A stretch of 64,000 bases of DNA from Candidatus Latescibacterota bacterium. Lineage in GTDB: Bacteria; Latescibacterota; UBA2968; GCA-2709665. The stretch lies in NCBI GenBank assembly GCA_965237675.1, contig OZ250150.1, positions 4,832,001-4,896,000 on the forward strand, given 5' to 3'. The position numbers and the translations under genes were made by a program. Shown here in pieces: positions 10,429 through 21,412 of the stretch (within the stretch, counting starts at the first letter, position 1; every line of letters begins with the position of its first letter). The notes beneath the pieces are model-generated. The model had not been told where the DNA came from, did no database searches, and saw nothing but the letters and a program-made list of their open reading frames with translations.

Positions 10429-13071
10429 TCAGCACCTGTCGTTCCTGTCTTCGATCACCTTCTTCCATCGATCCAGGGTCACCAGCGCCTCAAGGGGTGT
10501 GGTATTCCCCATGTCCAGATCGCGCAACTCGGCCACAATCGGATCTTCCGGGGGCCGGTCGAACAGATTCATCTGCCCGTTACCGGCGGCGGGCTCACGG
10601 ATAACCGAGGCCTGCGTTTTGTTGCCGGCCGGCGTCAACTCGTTCTCTTCCAGCCTGCGCAGCACTTCGCGGGCCCGTCCGATCAATTCGCGGGGCATTC
10701 CGGCAAGCCTTGCCACCTCGATGCCGTAGCTGTGATCGCACCCCCCGGGCACCAACCGGTGCAGAAACATCACGTTGTCACCTTCCTTCCTGACCGCCAC
10801 GCTGTAATTCTTCACCCGCGGCAGCAATTCCTCCAGTTCCGTCAATTCATGATAGTGCGTGGCGAACAACGTGCGCGGCTGTATGGCCGCGGTATTGTGC
10901 AAATATTCCGTCATGGCCCAGGCAATGCTGAGCCCGTCAAATGTACTGGTGCCGCGGCCGATTTCATCCAGAAGCACGAGGCTTTTGGGGGTGGCGTTGT
11001 TCAGGATGTTGGCCGCTTCGTTCATCTCGACAAGAAATGTGGACTCGCCGCGGGCGAGGTTGTCCGACGCCCCCACCCGTGTGAAGATGCGATCCACCAC
11101 GCCGACGCGCGCGGCCCCGGCCGGAACAAAGCTACCCAGTTGTGCCAGCAAAACAATCAGACCGACCTGTCTCAACATCGTGGATTTTCCGGCCATATTG
11201 GGGCCAGTAATAATCAGCACCTGTTCGTGTTCACCATCCACGAAAAAATCGTTGGGTACAAACTTGCCGGTCGGCAGCAACCCTTCAACAACCGGATGGC
11301 GCCCACCCCGAATATCGATTCCCGTGGAATCGTCCACCTCGGGACGGACGTAATCGTTCGCCGCCGCCACATCTGCCAGACATGCCAGCACGTCCACGAC
11401 CGCCACGGCACGCGCTGTGCATTGCACCTCGTCCACCCAGGCCTCGACTTTGACCCTGAGTTGCTGAAATAACTCCTTTTCCAGTTCCTTCGCACGTTCG
11501 TCGGCGCCAAGGATCTTTGCTTCCCACTCTTTCAGCGCCGGTGTAATAAATCGCTCCGCATTCACCAGGGTCTGCTTGCGCAGGTAATCATCAGGGGCCC
11601 TATCCATATTCGCCCTTGTGATTTCTATATAATATCCGAACGCCTTGTTGTACCCGACCTTAAGCGACGGAATGCCTGTACGCTCCCTCTCTTTGGCCTG
11701 TAATTCAGCCACCCACCGGCGGCCTCCGGACGCCGCGTCGCGGAGTTCGTCCAATTCCCTGTTATGACCCTCCCTGATGATGCCTCCTTCGCTCAACTGA
11801 AACGGCGGCTCATCCGCCACCGTACGGCCGATCAGGTCAATCAACTCGCTCAATTCCGGCATCCCCTGACACCGCGTTTTTGCCAACAGATCCGCCGTGG
11901 CCGCCTTCAGCGAATCCCGCAGACCGGGAATGGCCTCCAGCGACGCCTTCAGCGCCACGAGATCCCGCGGGCTGCAGCGTCCGCAGCAGATGCGTGACAT
12001 CAACCGTTCGAGATCCCCCACATGCTTCAGGACCGAACGAACCGGCTCCCGTCGCGCCGGATGCCGTAACAGATCTTCCACGGCGTCCTGCCTCGCTTCA
12101 ATTCTTGAAATATCCAGAAGCGGCAGGGACAGCCAGGACCTCAGCATCCGTGCCCCCATCGCGGTGCACGTGCGGTCCAATAGGGACAGCAGCGTTCCTT
12201 CCCGCCTGCCTTCCTGTATTGACGTAATCAGTTCCAGGTTCCGCTGGGTAACCAGGTCCAGTCCCATGTATGCGGCCGTATGCTCCGGTGATAAGCGCGT
12301 GATGTGAGAAACCGCGCCCTTTTGATTCTGCTTCAGATACCCCAACACCGCCCCGGCCGCGCTGATGCCCACCGTCATCTGATCGCAGCCGAATCCCTTT
12401 AACGAATTCACCCGAAAATGCTCCAACAACAAATCGTGCGCATACGCGAATCCAAAGTGCCAGTCTTCCGCTCGCACGAGGAGCGTACCCGGCATGCGGT
12501 GCGCCATCGCAGCCTCATTAGCTTCCGCCCAGGACTCGGGCGTAAGCATCTCCGCCGGCCCGATGCGCTCCAGCACGTCCCACAGATCCTCCACATCCTG
12601 TTCCAGAACGCGAAAATCACCGGTCGACAAATCCGTTACCGCCGCGCCCAGGCGGTTCGATTCAACCCATAGCCCCAGCAGATAGTTGTTTCGATTCTGA
12701 TCCAGCAAGTTGTCCGAGAGAGCGGTGCCCGGAGACACCACCTGCACGACCTCGCGCCGCACGACCGCCTTGCCTTTCTGCGGCGGCTCCATCTGCTCGC
12801 AAATGGCCACCTTGCGACCAGCCTTGATTAATCGGGCAAGATAGGTATCCAGTGCGTGATGCGGCACACCGGCCATTGGCACTCTTTCGCCTCCCCGGCC
12901 ATTGTTGCGGGAAGTCAACGTCAGCCCGAGAAGGCCCGAAACCTCTTTGGCGTCGTCATAAAAAGTCTCGTAGAAGTCCCCCATTCTGAATAGCAGTACG
13001 GCATCCCTGTGTTCATCCTTAAAACGCAGGTACTGTTCCATCGCCGGGGTGACATCTCTTGGCTTTGCCAT
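10429..13071 (-). CDS. mutS: DNA mismatch repair protein MutS
   Basis: FRMGDFYETF, TGPNMAGKST, DEIGRGTST, FATHYHEL. Confidence 0.97.
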   Translation of the reverse strand: MAKPRDVTPAMEQYLRFKDEHRDAVLLFRMGDFYETFYDDAKEVSGLLGLTLTSRNNGRGGERVPMAGVPHHALDTYLARLIKAGRKVAICEQMEPPQKGKAVVRREVVQVVSPGTALSDNLLDQNRNNYLLGLWVESNRLGAAVTDLSTGDFRVLEQDVEDLWDVLERIGPAEMLTPESWAEANEAAMAHRMPGTLLVRAEDWHFGFAYAHDLLLEHFRVNSLKGFGCDQMTVGISAAGAVLGYLKQNQKGAVSHITRLSPEHTAAYMGLDLVTQRNLELITSIQEGRREGTLLSLLDRTCTAMGARMLRSWLSLPLLDISRIEARQDAVEDLLRHPARREPVRSVLKHVGDLERLMSRICCGRCSPRDLVALKASLEAIPGLRDSLKAATADLLAKTRCQGMPELSELIDLIGRTVADEPPFQLSEGGIIREGHNRELDELRDAASGGRRWVAELQAKERERTGIPSLKVGYNKAFGYYIEITRANMDRAPDDYLRKQTLVNAERFITPALKEWEAKILGADERAKELEKELFQQLRVKVEAWVDEVQCTARAVAVVDVLACLADVAAANDYVRPEVDDSTGIDIRGGRHPVVEGLLPTGKFVPNDFFVDGEHEQVLIITGPNMAGKSTMLRQVGLIVLLAQLGSFVPAGAARVGVVDRIFTRVGASDNLARGESTFLVEMNEAANILNNATPKSLVLLDEIGRGTSTFDGLSIAWAMTEYLHNTAAIQPRTLFATHYHELTELEELLPRVKNYSVAVRKEGDNVMFLHRLVPGGCDHSYGIEVARLAGMPRELIGRAREVLRRLEENELTPAGNKTQASVIREPAAGNGQMNLFDRPPEDPIVAELRDLDMGNTTPLEALVTLDRWKKVIEDRNDRC

Positions 13072-13268
13072 CTGCGGTTTCCTAACGTCGTTCAACAATC
13101 AAGCAGTTCACCACCCCGCCCTCTCGCTCTACGCGGGGTAATTCCCGTGCCGCGGCGGCCCGGTGGCGGCGTTATGGGGTTGGATGTGAACGAATATAGT
13201 CAGATATTTCGAAACTCACCAGGTACAACGGCCTGGACGCCAAACGCGCCCGTGGGCAGGGGGACTGC

Positions 13269-14597
13269 CTAAAGTCGGGACTGTGGGCTGTCATCCACAA
13301 GTTTACCGATGACCCGGTCGGGACGCACATCCAACAGCCGTACAGGTGCGATCGAATTCTTCGTGTTTTCGGGACCCGGGGCGAACACACGGATGTAATT
13401 GTCGGTAACACCCTGCAAATATCCGGTGCCGGGCTCGCGTCTGTCTTCAAAAAGCACGTTCATCGTTCGCCCCGAAAAACGACGACGGAAGGCATCTGTT
13501 TTACGTGCGCCCAGACTCCTGAGCACTGCACCTCGCCGCTTTTTCACGGCGGCATCCACCTCGCCGTCCATTCGCGCGGCCGGTGTGCCGCTGCGCGGCG
13601 AAAAGGGAAACACGTGCAGGAACGTCAGTGGGCCTCTGTCGATGAGATCATACGTATTGGCAAATGCACCATCGGTTTCTCCCGGAAATCCGACCATCAC
13701 ATCCGCGCCAAGGCCGATTTCGGGAATCCTGTCCGCGAGCGTCTCAATGAGCGAAAGATACCGCGCCCGGGTATACGGCCTGCGCATTGATCTCAGAATC
13801 CCATCGTCTCCGCTCTGGAGCGGAATATGCAGATGCCTGCAGAACTTCGACGAGGTGGAAAAGAAATCGACCATTGCATCAATTATGAACGACGCTTCAA
13901 TCGAACTCACCCGAAATCGCTTCAGACCCTCAATCCGGTCCATAGCCTCAAGCAGGTCGAGTAGCGTGGGGCCGTCCAGGTCCGCGCCGTAGTCTCCAAT
14001 ATGCACGCCTGCCAGGACGACCTCCTGGTAACCGACATCGACGAGCCGTTGCACCTGGTCAAGACAGCTTTGCAGACCGCGGCTCCGGCTCCGGCCCCTT
14101 GCAAATGGAATGATGCAGAATGAGCAAAATTCGTTACATCCCTCCTGGATCTTCACGAACGCCCGCGCCCTGCCACCGAAGTTGAAAATATCCATTTCCT
14201 GAAATTCTGCGGTTCGACGTCGCGTCACGTAACTTCGTCCGATGGAGCAGGTATCGTTGATCAGATCCAGAAGGCGGGTCTTTTCCGCCGTACCGACAAC
14301 AAGATCGACCTCCGGCATCTCGATCAACACATCGGGATCGGTCTGTGCATAACACCCCATGGCCACCACCGTGCCTTCGGGCGATATCCGATGCGCCCGC
14401 CTCAGCATCTGCCTGGACTGTGCGGCGCCCTGCCCCGTCACCGTGCAAGTATTCACCACCGTCACATCCGCTGGCCGGCCGAACGCCACCTCCCTGTACC
14501 CCTCGTGTATGAACTGCTCGCGGTACCATTCCGAATCGTACGTATTCAACTTGCAGCCCAGTGTATAAAACGATACGGTTTTGTCGTTCCCGTTCAT
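13269..14597 (-). CDS. mtaB: tRNA t6A37 methylthiotransferase
   Basis: TLGCKLN, NTCTVT, radical SAM motif CNEFCSFC, HVFPFSPRSGT. Confidence 0.9.
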   Translation of the reverse strand: MNGNDKTVSFYTLGCKLNTYDSEWYREQFIHEGYREVAFGRPADVTVVNTCTVTGQGAAQSRQMLRRAHRISPEGTVVAMGCYAQTDPDVLIEMPEVDLVVGTAEKTRLLDLINDTCSIGRSYVTRRRTAEFQEMDIFNFGGRARAFVKIQEGCNEFCSFCIIPFARGRSRSRGLQSCLDQVQRLVDVGYQEVVLAGVHIGDYGADLDGPTLLDLLEAMDRIEGLKRFRVSSIEASFIIDAMVDFFSTSSKFCRHLHIPLQSGDDGILRSMRRPYTRARYLSLIETLADRIPEIGLGADVMVGFPGETDGAFANTYDLIDRGPLTFLHVFPFSPRSGTPAARMDGEVDAAVKKRRGAVLRSLGARKTDAFRRRFSGRTMNVLFEDRREPGTGYLQGVTDNYIRVFAPGPENTKNSIAPVRLLDVRPDRVIGKLVDDSPQSRL

Positions 14598-14776
14598 CCC
14601 GTCATTTCCTCGTATTCACCGCCGCCCGCTTCAAGTCGATCCGACACGGCCTGCCGCGTAAAAATAACCGGCCGTTTTCTTGCCCGGATCTCGCGTTACC
14701 GGTTGGGACCATACGACAAAGAGTTGAGGACAACTCCCCAACTCTTTGTATCGAACGGACCGGTTGTCTCAAAATT

Positions 14777-16708
14777 CTAAACGTCCGATTTCAACGCGGC
14801 ATCCGGTGTATCTGTCGTACTGGAAGTCTCCACGGAAGGCGGGCTGTCCTGGCTGGCAACATCCTCCGTAGACTCGGCCTCACCCTCTTCGGCGGGTTCA
14901 GCCGGCTTTTCGGAGAGGGCTTTGGAATCCGCAACGGAATCCGCATCCTCGCCTGATTCCTCTGAATCCCCGGCAACGCCCACCACCTCGCCCACCGTGA
15001 CGGGTTTTGGCTTGTGGCTCTCGATATAGGCATCGATCTCGGCCTGTTCGACGTCGCGCAGGTATTCCTTCACGCTCAGCACGATCTTGCGCTGCTCTTC
15101 ATCGAATTCAACGACCTTGAGCGGCAACTCGTCCTGTTCCGAGAAGTGGGTCTGAGGGGTCTGAAGATCCGACAGCCCCAACTGAGATACCGGTATGAAG
15201 CCCTCGACGTCGCCTTCCAGGTCGACCACGACCCCGCGTTCCAGCAACCGGGTAATTCTGCCCTCTGTCGTATTGCCTACCGCGTATTGAACGGCCAGTT
15301 CCGACCAGGGGTTTTCGATGGTCTGCTTGTGGCCTAGCGAGATGCGCCGACGTTTCTTGTCGATATTGAGCACAACCACATCGACTTGTTCTCCCTTTTT
15401 GACGACGTCGCTGGGATGGCGCACACGCCGGGTCCACGACATATCGGATATATGGACCAGGCCGTCGATGCCCTCCTCGATTTCCACAAACGCGCCGAAA
15501 TTGACCAGGTTGCGCACAAGGCCCATCAGCCGGGTACCCACGGGATATTTCTCGTCCAGTGAAAGCCAGGGATCGTCGGTTGTTTGCTTCAGGCCAAGCG
15601 AAATCTTCTGACCCTCTTTGTCCACGTTCAGAATCAGAACCTTCAACTGGTCAGCGATAGAAACAAGCTTGGATGGATGACGGATGTGCTGAGTCCAGGA
15701 CATCTCAGAAATGTGGACCAGGCCTTCCACGCCCTGCTCCAATTCGACAAACGCTCCGTAGTCCGTGATGCTCACGACCTTGCCGTCCACCCGGACTCCG
15801 ACGGGGTATTTGTCCTCGATATCTTCCCAGGGATGCGGCGTAAGTTGCTTCATCCCAAGAGAGATCCGCTCGCGCTCCTCGTCGTAGTTGAGCACCTTCA
15901 CCCGGATATTGTCGCCAATGGAGAGCACTTCCGAAGGATGTCCGATCCGGCCCCAGGAAATATCCGTAATGTGCAGCAGACCGTCCAGGCCACCCAGGTC
16001 GATAAACGCACCAAAATCGGTGATGTTTTTCACCGCGCCTTCGCGCACCTGGCCGACTTCCAGCGTTTGGAGAATCTGTTTGCGCAAGCGCTCCCGCTCG
16101 GCTTCCAGCACCACCCGCCTGGAAACGACAATATTGCGCCGGTTCTTGTTGAGTTTGATGATGCGAAAGGGAAACACCTCGCCAATGAACTGATCGAAAT
16201 TCTTCACCTGCTTGAGGTCGATCTGAGATCCGGGCAAGAAAGCGTCTACTCCGAACAGATCTACCACAATACCACCCTTGATACGGCGCACCAGCCGGCC
16301 CTCGACGATCTGATCGCTGTCGTAGGCGTCTTTGATGCGATCCCACACCCGCATAAAGTCGGCCTTCTGTTTGGACAGCACGATTTGACCTTCCTGGTCT
16401 TCCACATCTTCGAGATAAACCTCGATTTCCTGCCCCACTTCGACTTCCGAAGCGTCGGCAAACTCGGAAAGCGGTATGGCGCCTTCGGATTTGAATCCGA
16501 TATCGACGACGACCACGTTCTCCGCGATGGCCAGTACGGTTCCGGACACAATTTCACCCTGGGTGATATTGCTCATCGTTTCTTCATACAGACTCATCAT
16601 CGAGGCGAATTCCTCTTCCGAGTATTCACGCTCGTCCAACGCTTGCAATGCTTCCTCGCTCGAAAGTTGGGAGACGGTCTGTGGTGCGGTGTTGTCTTGT
16701 TCCGACAT
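14777..16708 (-). CDS. rpsA: 30S ribosomal protein S1
   Basis: Six S1 repeats (FGAFVE..GLVHISEMSW); SD AAGGAGG. Confidence 0.97.
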   Translation of the reverse strand: MSEQDNTAPQTVSQLSSEEALQALDEREYSEEEFASMMSLYEETMSNITQGEIVSGTVLAIAENVVVVDIGFKSEGAIPLSEFADASEVEVGQEIEVYLEDVEDQEGQIVLSKQKADFMRVWDRIKDAYDSDQIVEGRLVRRIKGGIVVDLFGVDAFLPGSQIDLKQVKNFDQFIGEVFPFRIIKLNKNRRNIVVSRRVVLEAERERLRKQILQTLEVGQVREGAVKNITDFGAFIDLGGLDGLLHITDISWGRIGHPSEVLSIGDNIRVKVLNYDEERERISLGMKQLTPHPWEDIEDKYPVGVRVDGKVVSITDYGAFVELEQGVEGLVHISEMSWTQHIRHPSKLVSIADQLKVLILNVDKEGQKISLGLKQTTDDPWLSLDEKYPVGTRLMGLVRNLVNFGAFVEIEEGIDGLVHISDMSWTRRVRHPSDVVKKGEQVDVVVLNIDKKRRRISLGHKQTIENPWSELAVQYAVGNTTEGRITRLLERGVVVDLEGDVEGFIPVSQLGLSDLQTPQTHFSEQDELPLKVVEFDEEQRKIVLSVKEYLRDVEQAEIDAYIESHKPKPVTVGEVVGVAGDSEESGEDADSVADSKALSEKPAEPAEEGEAESTEDVASQDSPPSVETSSTTDTPDAALKSDV

Positions 16709-16838
16709 GAAACAGCGACCTCCTTGGCCGTTCCGCAATAGGCAGTTGCCTCCGGACTTGCGGTTCGGCGCAAAATTACCGGGAAAAGACGGAGAATGGA
16801 TCTCCGCAGGGACCTTACCGACGCTCAAGCATGGAACC

Positions 16839-17516
16839 CTACGCGGGCGGGCCGGTATTGCGCCTGCGCGGCCTCAAGTTACCTATTCTGTGCATCACCT
16901 CGCTACTGATAGTATGGTACGCCGCCCGCCGCCTGGCGGGCAATCCGGCTGGAGATACTCGAATCGGTTTACCGAACCGCACAGTCACGCGGCTCAGACC
17001 GATCAGACTCGTCCAGATATTGACCGTTCCGGAAATATAGACCGGCACCACGGGAACCCGCGCCCGGTATGCCAACATACCGACGCCGTCCTTGGGCGGC
17101 CTCAGTTCTGACGCCTTGTTTCGCGTGCCCTCCGGCGAAAGAAACATCGCACCGCCGGACGTGAGACGCTGTTCGATAGCCCGCAGCGCGCCCCGATCCC
17201 CGCGGGACCGGTCGATTGGCAACGCGTTGAGTTTCCGAATCAGCCAGCCAAGAAACGGAACGGGAAATGCCTCCTGCTTGGTAACATACGAAAGTTCCCG
17301 GCCTGCCGCAACCCCGATAAATACGGCATCTGTATAGGACACGTGGTTGCTGGCCAGAATGACGCCGCCCCGACGCGGTACAAAATGACGGCCGGCGACG
17401 CGAAGCCGAAACAGGCACGTGCAGGCTCCGGAGCCAAGCGTCCAGATGAGCCGGTAAAAGAGATTGCCGGGGCGTCCCGTGTAAATGTCGGTCCGCATCG
17501 TTCGCCTGTGGATCAT
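16839..17516 (-). CDS. plsC: 1-acyl-sn-glycerol-3-phosphate acyltransferase
   Basis: NHVSYTD and PEGTRN motifs; ATGA overlap with the cmk stop. Confidence 0.85.
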   Translation of the reverse strand: MIHRRTMRTDIYTGRPGNLFYRLIWTLGSGACTCLFRLRVAGRHFVPRRGGVILASNHVSYTDAVFIGVAAGRELSYVTKQEAFPVPFLGWLIRKLNALPIDRSRGDRGALRAIEQRLTSGGAMFLSPEGTRNKASELRPPKDGVGMLAYRARVPVVPVYISGTVNIWTSLIGLSRVTVRFGKPIRVSPAGLPARRRAAYHTISSEVMHRIGNLRPRRRNTGPPA

Positions 17517-18196
17517 TCTAAATGCCGCGCGCGCGCAAGTTCCACCACGCGGGCGACCTGTGCATCGATACTCAGGCCGGTGGAATCCACCTTTATTGCA
17601 TCCAAAGCCGGCCACGATCCCCATCGCCTTTGCGTGGCTTCGTCGCGCGCGTCTCGCTTACGAATCTGAGCCACCAACACATCCAGATGCGTCCGGTCGT
17701 CGCGATCGAGCAACGCCCGTTGTTGCCGCCGCGCCCGCTCTGCGACATCGGCCACAAGGAACACTTTCAGATCCGCGCCTGGAAAAACAGCCGTTCCCGT
17801 GTCCCGGCCTTCAAGCACGATACCTCCGTCGGCGCCGATCTCCTGCTGGCGCGCCACGAGAATCTTCCGAACCGCGGGATGCACGGCCACCCGAGAGGCG
17901 GCGTCGGCAACCTCCGACGTGCGGATCCTGCCGGTCACGTCCCCACCGTCCAGCAGGACCCGTTGACGGCCATCCTCCAGCCGGAAATCAAATTCCAATG
18001 CTGCGGCCGTCTGGGCCGCAGCGGCCGCATCGTCCGGGCAGACACCCTTGCTTATCAGGGCCCAACCCAGCGCGCGGTACATGGCGCCGGTATCCAGATA
18101 AAGATATCCCAGCCTCCGGGCGACACATCGAGCCGTTGTGCTTTTTCCCGACGCCGCGGGACCGTCGATGGCAATCACGATGCCCCTTTTGCCCAT
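17513..18196 (-). CDS. cmk: Cytidylate kinase
   Basis: IDGPAASGKST, LDTGAMYR, EGRD. Confidence 0.95.
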   Translation of the reverse strand: MGKRGIVIAIDGPAASGKSTTARCVARRLGYLYLDTGAMYRALGWALISKGVCPDDAAAAAQTAAALEFDFRLEDGRQRVLLDGGDVTGRIRTSEVADAASRVAVHPAVRKILVARQQEIGADGGIVLEGRDTGTAVFPGADLKVFLVADVAERARRQQRALLDRDDRTHLDVLVAQIRKRDARDEATQRRWGSWPALDAIKVDSTGLSIDAQVARVVELARARHLE

Positions 18197-18217
18197 AACA
18201 AGCCTCGACCCCGATTG

Positions 18218-18985
18218 CTACGGAATCGGGGTCCCTCCATCCGCGTCGAGGTGGCGCACCCCTTGCGCGGCGCCCTCCCCACCGATGCCAGAGACCGATC
18301 CGGACCCGTCTCCGGAGGCGCCTTCCGGGTTCCCCGCCTCCGCCGTTGTGCGGGCCATCGCCTCCAGGAGGTCGCCTGGAGACGATACAACGGCTTCCCT
18401 GTCCTCCAGCAACTCGTCCAATTCCCTAACCTTGGGCAGGTCCGACAACGTCTTCAGTCCAAAGTGCTTCAAGAAATCCCGTGTCGTCCCGTAAAGCAGC
18501 GGCCTCCCCGGGGCGTCCGCCCGACCGGCGATTCGGATCAATCCCTTCTCGAGCAGGTGCCGAACCACTCCGTCAACCGAGACACCGCGAATATGTTCCA
18601 TCTCGGCCTTCATGACCGGTTGCTTGAATACGATAATCGCAAGCGTCTCCAGGGCTGCCGACGACAGCCGGACTGGCGCCTTTTCTTTCAGCAGCCGCCG
18701 GATCCATGCGCCATATTCAGAATGTACCATGAACTGAAAACCGCCGGCAATTTCCGAGATTTTGAAACTGCGTCCGGACCGGCCGTACTGCTCGTTCAGA
18801 TCCTCCACATACACGCGCACGTCTCCGGGTCGCACCCCACCCAGAATCGAAGCGATCTGGCTGGCGCCAAGGGGTCTGTCCGAAGCCATCAACAATGCCT
18901 CCAGAATACCCAGATTGCGCGCTTCTCCATCCGACGCTACCGGGTCTATGCCATACGATTCGCCCATATAAAACGATTCGCCCAT
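18218..18985 (-). CDS. scpB: Segregation and condensation protein B
   Basis: LSSAALETLAII, PGRPLLYGTTRDFLKHFGL. Confidence 0.93.
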   Translation of the reverse strand: MGESFYMGESYGIDPVASDGEARNLGILEALLMASDRPLGASQIASILGGVRPGDVRVYVEDLNEQYGRSGRSFKISEIAGGFQFMVHSEYGAWIRRLLKEKAPVRLSSAALETLAIIVFKQPVMKAEMEHIRGVSVDGVVRHLLEKGLIRIAGRADAPGRPLLYGTTRDFLKHFGLKTLSDLPKVRELDELLEDREAVVSSPGDLLEAMARTTAEAGNPEGASGDGSGSVSGIGGEGAAQGVRHLDADGGTPIP

Positions 18986-18990
18986 ATAAA
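18955..18990. repeat. Perfect 18-nt tandem duplication spanning the scpB start
   Basis: (ACGATTCGCCCATATAAA)x2, read as MGESFY-MGESY. Confidence 0.9.
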
Positions 18991-19067
18991 AAACTCGAGT
19001 GGATCGAATATCCGAATGCCCGAAACAGCATCAAACCTGTGACAAGCCGCCGATGAACGCCATGCGG

Positions 19068-19865
19068 TCAATGTTCGGATTCCGATTGTGAGCCTGGTTC
19101 CGTGTTATCCCGTTTGTAGATCCAGATTTCACCTTCCGGACCGCCCTGTCTGGCAAGGGCTCGTCCGGTCTTGATTAACTCGAGCATCGCAATGAAAGTG
19201 ACAATGAGGACAATTCGCGGAAGCCCGGAAACCAGATCCGAGAACTGAACCCGATGCCTTTTTTCCAGAACGTCGAGGACGATCTCCATCCGTTCCTCGG
19301 TCGTTACTTCCACCTGATGCACCTCGTGGAAGTCCACTTTCGGCGCAGCGGCGAGGGCCGCCCTGAACGCCGCCATCAGATCGAACAAACTCACCGAACG
19401 ATAGGCTGCCGACGGATCCTCTTCGGCCTCTTCGATTTCTCCCTTATCCAGAGCGGCACCCCTGTAAAAACTATCTCGATGTAAATGCTGCTTGTCTTCG
19501 AGCCAATTGGCCACTTCCTTGAATTGCTGGTATTCCAGCAGACGCCGAACGAGCTCTTCCCTGGGATCTTCGGCCTCCTCGTCCGTATCGGGATCGGCTG
19601 GCAGCAACATGCGTGACTTGATCTTCATCAGTGTGGCCGCCATGACCAGAAAATCTCCGGCAGTTTCCAGATTGAGCGTCTGCATCATTTCGACAAACTC
19701 CAGAAACTGCCGTGTGACATCTGCGATCGGAATATCGTAAATGTCGATCTCATCCTTCCGAATCAGAAAAAGCAACAGATCCAGCGGGCCCTCGAAAACC
19801 TCCAGCTTCACTCCATAGGCATTGCCGCCGAAGTTTCCCTGAACTGCAGGCGATTCGGCACTCAT
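19068..19865 (-). CDS. scpA: Segregation and condensation protein A
   Basis: FEGPLDLLLFLI, IKSRMLLP, TFIAMLEL. Confidence 0.95.
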   Translation of the reverse strand: MSAESPAVQGNFGGNAYGVKLEVFEGPLDLLLFLIRKDEIDIYDIPIADVTRQFLEFVEMMQTLNLETAGDFLVMAATLMKIKSRMLLPADPDTDEEAEDPREELVRRLLEYQQFKEVANWLEDKQHLHRDSFYRGAALDKGEIEEAEEDPSAAYRSVSLFDLMAAFRAALAAAPKVDFHEVHQVEVTTEERMEIVLDVLEKRHRVQFSDLVSGLPRIVLIVTFIAMLELIKTGRALARQGGPEGEIWIYKRDNTEPGSQSESEH

Positions 19866-19968
19866 TGATGTAATCTCCCCTGACGTCCTGCCGAGTCCCG
19901 AACGCGGTCGATACGCGGGGCAATGTGAGATGACTGCCCGCGGGTCTCCGGCGTCTGAAGCCGGCGTT

Positions 19969-20478
19969 TCAATCCATAAACAGATACGGCCGCCATCGCT
20001 GGTCCGGCACCCCGATCAACTGGCTGATGGAGGTGACCGTGCTGGGCCTGCGGGGTCGGCGCAACAGGTTGATTCCGGCCTGTTCCAGCGTTTGATTACC
20101 CTTGAGATTGTTGCACGTCAAACAGGCACATACCAGGTTCTCCCAGGTGTCCCGACCGTTCCCGGTACGGGGAACCACGTGGTCGACTGTCATTGGACCC
20201 TTTCGGGTACCGCAATACTGGCACCGGTGCCCATCTCGTTTCAAGACATTTTTCTTGGACAGCGCGAGTTGCTTGGGGGCAACGCGCACGTAAAGCCCCA
20301 GGCGTACGACACTGGGCACCGGGAATCGGTCGGACACCGTTCGGATATACAGATCGAGCGCTTCAATGACCTCTGCGCGCCCCCGAAACACGAGCACAAT
20401 CGCCCGCCGTACGCTACACACCTGGATGGGTTCGTAACTCTGGTTCAGGACCAGCACCGGCTGGTTTAGCAATGGCAC
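19969..20478 (-). CDS. HNH endonuclease (McrA-like)
   Basis: VLVLNQSYEP, RDGHRCQYCG, DHVVP, CLTCNNLKG. Confidence 0.9.
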   Translation of the reverse strand: MPLLNQPVLVLNQSYEPIQVCSVRRAIVLVFRGRAEVIEALDLYIRTVSDRFPVPSVVRLGLYVRVAPKQLALSKKNVLKRDGHRCQYCGTRKGPMTVDHVVPRTGNGRDTWENLVCACLTCNNLKGNQTLEQAGINLLRRPRRPSTVTSISQLIGVPDQRWRPYLFMD

Positions 20479-20926
20479 ACACCCCCTTTTGCGACAGCCC
20501 GGGGTAAAGAAGGATGAACACAGCGGAAGCGATCCGCCCGCATTGCAGATGACCCAGTCCTTCGCCGTCAGGAGACCGGCCGTGCGTTACAAAATATCGC
20601 GATGATTTCTCGACTGAACGACGGGTCGGCCCGTGTTCTGTACCGGAGATAAATTGCCGGGACAGGACACCAGGATCGAATCTGAGGTGGACCCCGCTCG
20701 AGATGTCACGCCGGGAAGCCTCGGAAACCAGGGTTGGCCACGAGCGTGGAATTTCTCTTAACAGAAACAAAATAAAGCCTTTATGAAACGGATGTCAAGC
20801 GCATACCGCGCCGTGAAAGTTAAAATCGCGCGTGACGGCTGTACCAGATCGGCACACGGTGAACGGGTCATTGGAACCGAGGTCGTCGAGCCCAATCGGT
20901 GATGGATCCGAGGGCTCGATCGGCTG

Positions 20927-21313
20927 CTATGGCTCTCCGATAAGCTCGCCATAGGCCTGCGGACTGAGAAGCGATTCGAGTTCGTCAACACGGGTCATCC
21001 GAACGACAATCATCCATCCCTCACCGTAGGGATCTGAGTTGATATGAGCCGCATCTTCGGTGAGTTCCCGATGGACCTCGAGCACTTCGCCCGACACGGG
21101 CGCATAGAGGTCTTCGACCGTCTTCACCGCCTCGATCGTCCCGAAAACCTGGCCCTGGTCGACCTGTCCTCCGGTTTCCGGCAATTCGGCAAAAACGATA
21201 TCGCCCAACTCGCCCTGTGCATAGTCTGTAATGCCAATCGTGGCCCGTTCTCCGTCGATACGAATCCATTCGTGCTCCAACGTGAACAAAAGGCCTTCCG
21301 GAATCTCCGACAT
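20927..21313 (-). CDS. gcvH: Glycine cleavage system H protein
   Basis: GITDYAQGELGD, EAVKTV (lipoyl Lys), NSDPYGEGW. Confidence 0.95.
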   Translation of the reverse strand: MSEIPEGLLFTLEHEWIRIDGERATIGITDYAQGELGDIVFAELPETGGQVDQGQVFGTIEAVKTVEDLYAPVSGEVLEVHRELTEDAAHINSDPYGEGWMIVVRMTRVDELESLLSPQAYGELIGEP

Positions 21314-21412
21314 GTCAGATGACTCCTGATTGTAAAGAAAGGGATATGTCCGGCGAGGGTCGCTCGCGTTACCGAAAGTTGTCGTTTTACGTTGCGGGGG
21401 TCTTGTAGACGC

